The notes below the pieces were generated by a model. That model had not been told where the DNA came from. It was given only the letters and a program-made list of their open reading frames with translations, and made no database searches. From Kondoa subrosea (taxonomy: Eukaryota), in NCBI GenBank assembly GCA_039545335.1, contig BCIN01000010.1:515804-540843 (forward strand): 25,040 bases of DNA, read 5' to 3'. Shown here one piece after another: positions 21,104 through 25,040 of the stretch (positions are counted from its first letter, which is position 1; each line of letters begins with the position of its first letter). Made by a program: the position numbers and the translations under genes.

Positions 21104-23399
21104 TCATTGAGCGGTGACCAGACCTGCAGCTTTAGGTCGCTTGAACTTGAATTCCGATAGAATGCAAATATGATCCGAAGGATAGTGCTACAATCACAAA
21201 AAGTTAGCATTTGATTTCCTACAAAAGAACGGAAGGTTACTTACAGCATTTGGGAAACCGACAACTTTCGAAAGGTAATTCGGATCCACTTCACCAAGCA
21301 ATCCGGTAACGTTGAGCGTGTTTGAGGTATGCCAAATATAATCCAAAACACCTTTGAAGTGAGGGACGTAGTTGGTGAAAGGTAATTCATTGATGGATTG
21401 ATAAGATGATTTGAGATTGAGCCGATGTTGCAATCCATCTGAAGTATAGGTTCCGTATACATGATCACCGAAATCGTCATGATCATGCGATACTCGACCT
21501 TTCGAGAGGTATTCGTATACACCGGAAGAAGGTTCAGAGTTGAAATCACCGCAGATCACGGTTGGGATCTTTGGTGCTCCTCCTTCCTTGTATGAGGGTG
21601 CATCGGCAGCAAGATCGAAGCGAGGTGGTAGTCGAGAGAATCGTTCGGCTATATTGTCCAATTCATCCATCAACATGGCGACTTGAACAAGCTTGACATC
21701 CCTAAATTCTGGATTCCAGAAAATGTGGACATTGGCGACAATCAACCTTGCGCCGGTCACTTTGTGCTCGAGCAAAGCAATGACAGCGATATCGTCTCTT
21801 GTCATGACTCGGTTGAACATGTCTTGAGTCTTCTTAAAATCAGGTCGACGCATTGCGATCTGACTGAATTCTATGAGCTGTTCTTCAACCAAGGCGAAAC
21901 TGCATCTTTCGTCAGCACTAATCATGAATATGACACGGAACATACGTTGTTGACTTGTAGAAGATAGCGCATCCATCGACGTGCCGCCTTTCATCACCCG
22001 ACATGGTTCTTGCTCTAGATTTCGGATAGTAGACACCATCGTAATCTTGCTGGCTGAGGTTGTGCGCAAAATATTCTTCGTACTGTTCTACATCCACTTC
22101 CTGTGCCCGGTTATTCGTCAGCATCGCTTGAAACGCGACTTCGAAATAGAAACCACTGACTTGCAAGCAGAGAATATCTGCTTCGTAGCCAACCACTTCC
22201 TGCAGAACCAATTCCTTTCTATATTCCCAGCTCAAAGCCCAAGATGGTGTATAACCATACATTGCCGTTGTAGCATATTTCTCGCAAAGAATATTATAAC
22301 TCAAGACTGAGAATCCATCATTCTTGTCTTCTGCATCCTCAGCTGTAGGTAATTCATCTAAATCGATATTGATCCATTCTCTTTCTTGTGGTGGCATAGG
22401 AACTGGACAACTATCCCTCAAGAAAGCCACTAGACCTGAAGTCCCATCTTTTTCCGCAATGACTCGTAATGAGTCTTGCAATGGGTTGCCTTCTATACCA
22501 AGAACGTCTAGTAGATGAAGTGTGCCAAGTTCGGGAGGTAAATTGACAATCAAGTTGTCGAAAAGGAAGAGTTCGCGCAGGGAGGTTAGAGTGCCTAATT
22601 CAGCTGGAACGGAAGTGAGCTTGTTTGAGGACGCATCAAGCCGGACCAAATGATTGAGTTGACATAAGGCTGTAGGTAAGGTTGTAAGGGAATTATGAGG
22701 TATATATAGGGCGGTCAAGAAAGTATAGGCGAAGAGAGCTGGAGCGAGATTCTTGAGTGACATTCCTCCCATATCCAAAGTTGACCAGGAAGAGGAGCCG
22801 GCATCCGTTTCTTTCTCTGATGCTGACAATTGCGAAGGTGAAGAAGAAGCTTTGCTGGCTGATTTAGATTTATCCGAGGCCAAAGAATCCGTCTTCTTAT
22901 GTGAGAGAGTCCGAGCAGTAGCTACTGCACTACCCGGGCGAGCGAGACCAGGTGGACCAGAGGAAGAGATGAAAGATGTTTCGCTTGTCGAGACCAGCTT
23001 TTCTTTCGGATCAACTATAGACAGAGCTGAACTGTTGTGACCTCTTTTCTCCAATTGTGCGACCCTTGCGTGATGATGAGGTGAAGCAGCCATCCGAGAG
23101 GCAGCAGCATATTCGAGTTGCTTTGCCCAAGCTGGTGAAATAGCTTGTGCGGGTTGGGACTGCGCTTGAGATTGGACTTGCCGTTCTCTAGGATTAGGCG
23201 TTTGCGAATGCAGGGAAGATCCGCTGTTAGGATAGCCATGTTGTTGCAAGTTTCCGCCAGCGTGATGGCCGTGGTAATTATTGGGCGGTAAATTGTAAGG
23301 ATTATAGCCCGAGAAGGAGTGCTGGCCATTTTGTTGGTTGCCAGATGAGCCAGAGTTGTTCCCATTGGCCGCGTTGTAGTTCTGTTGTAGCTTGAGCAT
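21104..23399 (-). CDS. CCR4: CCR4-NOT deadenylase subunit Ccr4 (LRR plus EEP nuclease domain)
   Basis: Asn/Gln/His-rich N-terminus, SPHHHAR, LRRs, SYNILC, CLQEV, CGDFNS, LDYIW, FPNAHYPSDH. Introns 22101-22160, 21900-21945 and 21188-21244. Confidence 0.97.
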
Positions 23400-23877
23400 C
23401 TTGAGCTTTCAAGCCTTTCTGAGAACAGCAGGGTACAGCTGTACAGTACAATACGGCAGGCGATGAAGAGTCTTAGCTTGAAAGAAGGGTAGCAGAATGT
23501 GTGTGTATTTGACTGAGGCCAGCAGCGGACATTGCCTATTGAGCGCGAAACAGCAATAGGATGGATCGACTTCAAGTCTGACTAGCGTGCCGCCTAGCTA
23601 GTGTGATGAAGATAGTCCAGGCCGTTGCTGTGTGTAGCAAAGCAGGCTGAATGTAACCTCTTCTGGACGTACAGAACTAACAAAGGGAAATTGGGTTGAA
23701 GTTGTTGGACTCGGTATGGAACAGCCGAGCAGTGAAGCTGCACAGCGATGTATCAGAACAAAAGCAAATGTTACACACAACACTACAACGCAGCAAAGTC
23801 TATGCACAAACAGAACGGTCTAAATCCCCTTGCAGCTTGCACCTGTTACATGAGTTAGCGGACTTCTCTTCCTCTCG

Positions 23878-24670
23878 CTACAACCTCAGCCCTCTTGCTT
23901 TGCTGCCCAACGGTCTCATTGTCGGCCTTTGCACTCGAGTCTTCTTGATTGGTGATCCTTGATACACTACTGTGCTGGAGGTTGGATCGTCAGCGTGATC
24001 TTCCGCATCCGGTAAGACGAGAATCCTTCCGCCTGTCGGTGTAGGTAGCTCATACGCATCAGAGGGTTGAGGTTTAGGTGTCTAGTATTGATCATATCAG
24101 TCAAAGTACAGGAAGCAACAAGCCAAAGAAACTTACCATTGGCGAGAAGTGGAAACCCCCATTGCCATTATACGCTTCCGTAACATTGGCCAGAACAGGT
24201 GAATGAGGTGGTGTAGCCGTCTCTTCTCTCAAAGCTTTCCACATTTCTTTCCCCTTCACTTGCTGTTTTCCGAAGACGACAGAAGTACTTGAAGCTTTCT
24301 TCATCGGATCTCCTTTACTTCCTCCTTCTCCTCTCATCATACTGTTCAACCTCTTATTCTGTAGTTTCGCTCCTGGATCATTAGGTGCGAAGAAACCTAG
24401 AGTTTGCGACAGTTGATCTGCGAGGTTGGAAACAGGCGAAGCGAGTTCGTATGGAATTTTGCCGTTGAAAGGAGTGGATTTCTTTGATGGTGCTATAGAT
24501 GTGAGAGCTGAAGTGTTCTCTTTATTGCTTAGAGCTGAAGGATGCTGTTTTCGCTTCAAAGGAACGCCATTGATGTTTCTAGCGCTGCTGCTTCCTTGTT
24601 GCGGCTCTTCTATATCCATATCGCAGTGCACAGCGAAGATGGAGCCTTTGGCTTTCCTTGTGGTAGACAT
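23878..24670 (-). CDS. Small disordered protein with ABBA, KEN and D-box-like motifs; candidate APC/C substrate or inhibitor
   Basis: Exon 1 24137-24670, intron 24082-24136, exon 2 ending ...QGSPIKKTRVQRPTMRPLGSKARGLRL* at 23878. FAVHCD at aa 12-17 and KEN at aa 50-52. Confidence 0.75.
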
Positions 24671-24994
24671 ATTGCTGTTTGTTTTGATAGATTTTTGTGT
24701 GGACAGATTTCGATTGTGAGGGTGAGCGCTACTCTTCTGTGTGTATGAAGGTGCTGCTAAGTGTGGACAAATCCAAGAAAGGTGCCTAGAGAGGTGAGAA
24801 AAGGAAAGAAGACCTCTTAGCGAGTTTTTGGTGACTTAAAGGTAAACAAAGTGTGAAATGTCAAACACCTATACGCGTCAGGTGCCCAAAACTTCCTTCT
24901 TCCTCTTCCTTCCTCAATTTTTCTCAATTCTTGTTCAATCCCTTCCAGCATGATATACCAGTGCTGCTCAATTTGTTGTTGCTGCCTTTTCTTG

Positions 24995-25040
24995 TTCTTC
25001 TTCTTCTTCTTCTTCTTCTTCTTCTTCTTCTTCTTCTTCT
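24995..25040. repeat. (TTC)n microsatellite running off the window end
   Basis: Direct reading. Confidence 0.97.

Noticed and set aside
1..25040. CRISPR array, tRNA/rRNA genes, intact transposon or mating-type locus
   Set aside because: No spaced repeats, cloverleaf or rRNA-like sequence, RT/DDE domain, homeodomain, STE3 or CAAX-pheromone gene was recognised.

Overview
Compact, intron-rich fungal nuclear DNA (short GT-AG introns of about 44-73 nt, micro-exons), most consistent with a basidiomycete and probably Pucciniomycotina (inference). I spliced the genes by hand. Recognisable genes: dihydroxy-acid dehydratase (ILV3, runs off the left edge) head-to-head with a two-domain Fluc/CrcB fluoride exporter (FEX), a RING-H2 protein of about 1200 aa, a CDF metal transporter (MMT1/2-like), ATP10 and CCR4. 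Less ordinary elements: (i) a FAR1/MULE-type zinc-finger protein with a SAM-like tail and no transposase catalytic domain; (ii) a Ser-rich protein with a Myb-like helical domain and a cluster of MCB-like CGCG elements; (iii) a secreted Pro-rich protein with four six-Cys modules; (iv) an orphan 3' relic of an ABCC transporter with a His-to-Arg change in the H-switch; (v) two diverged tandem paralogs sharing a basic amphipathic C-terminal helix, one partly hidden in an N-masked block; (vi) a small disordered protein with ABBA, KEN, D-box-like, CDK and RL-tail motifs, a candidate APC/C pseudosubstrate inhibitor. No rRNA, tRNA, CRISPR array or intact mobile element was seen.
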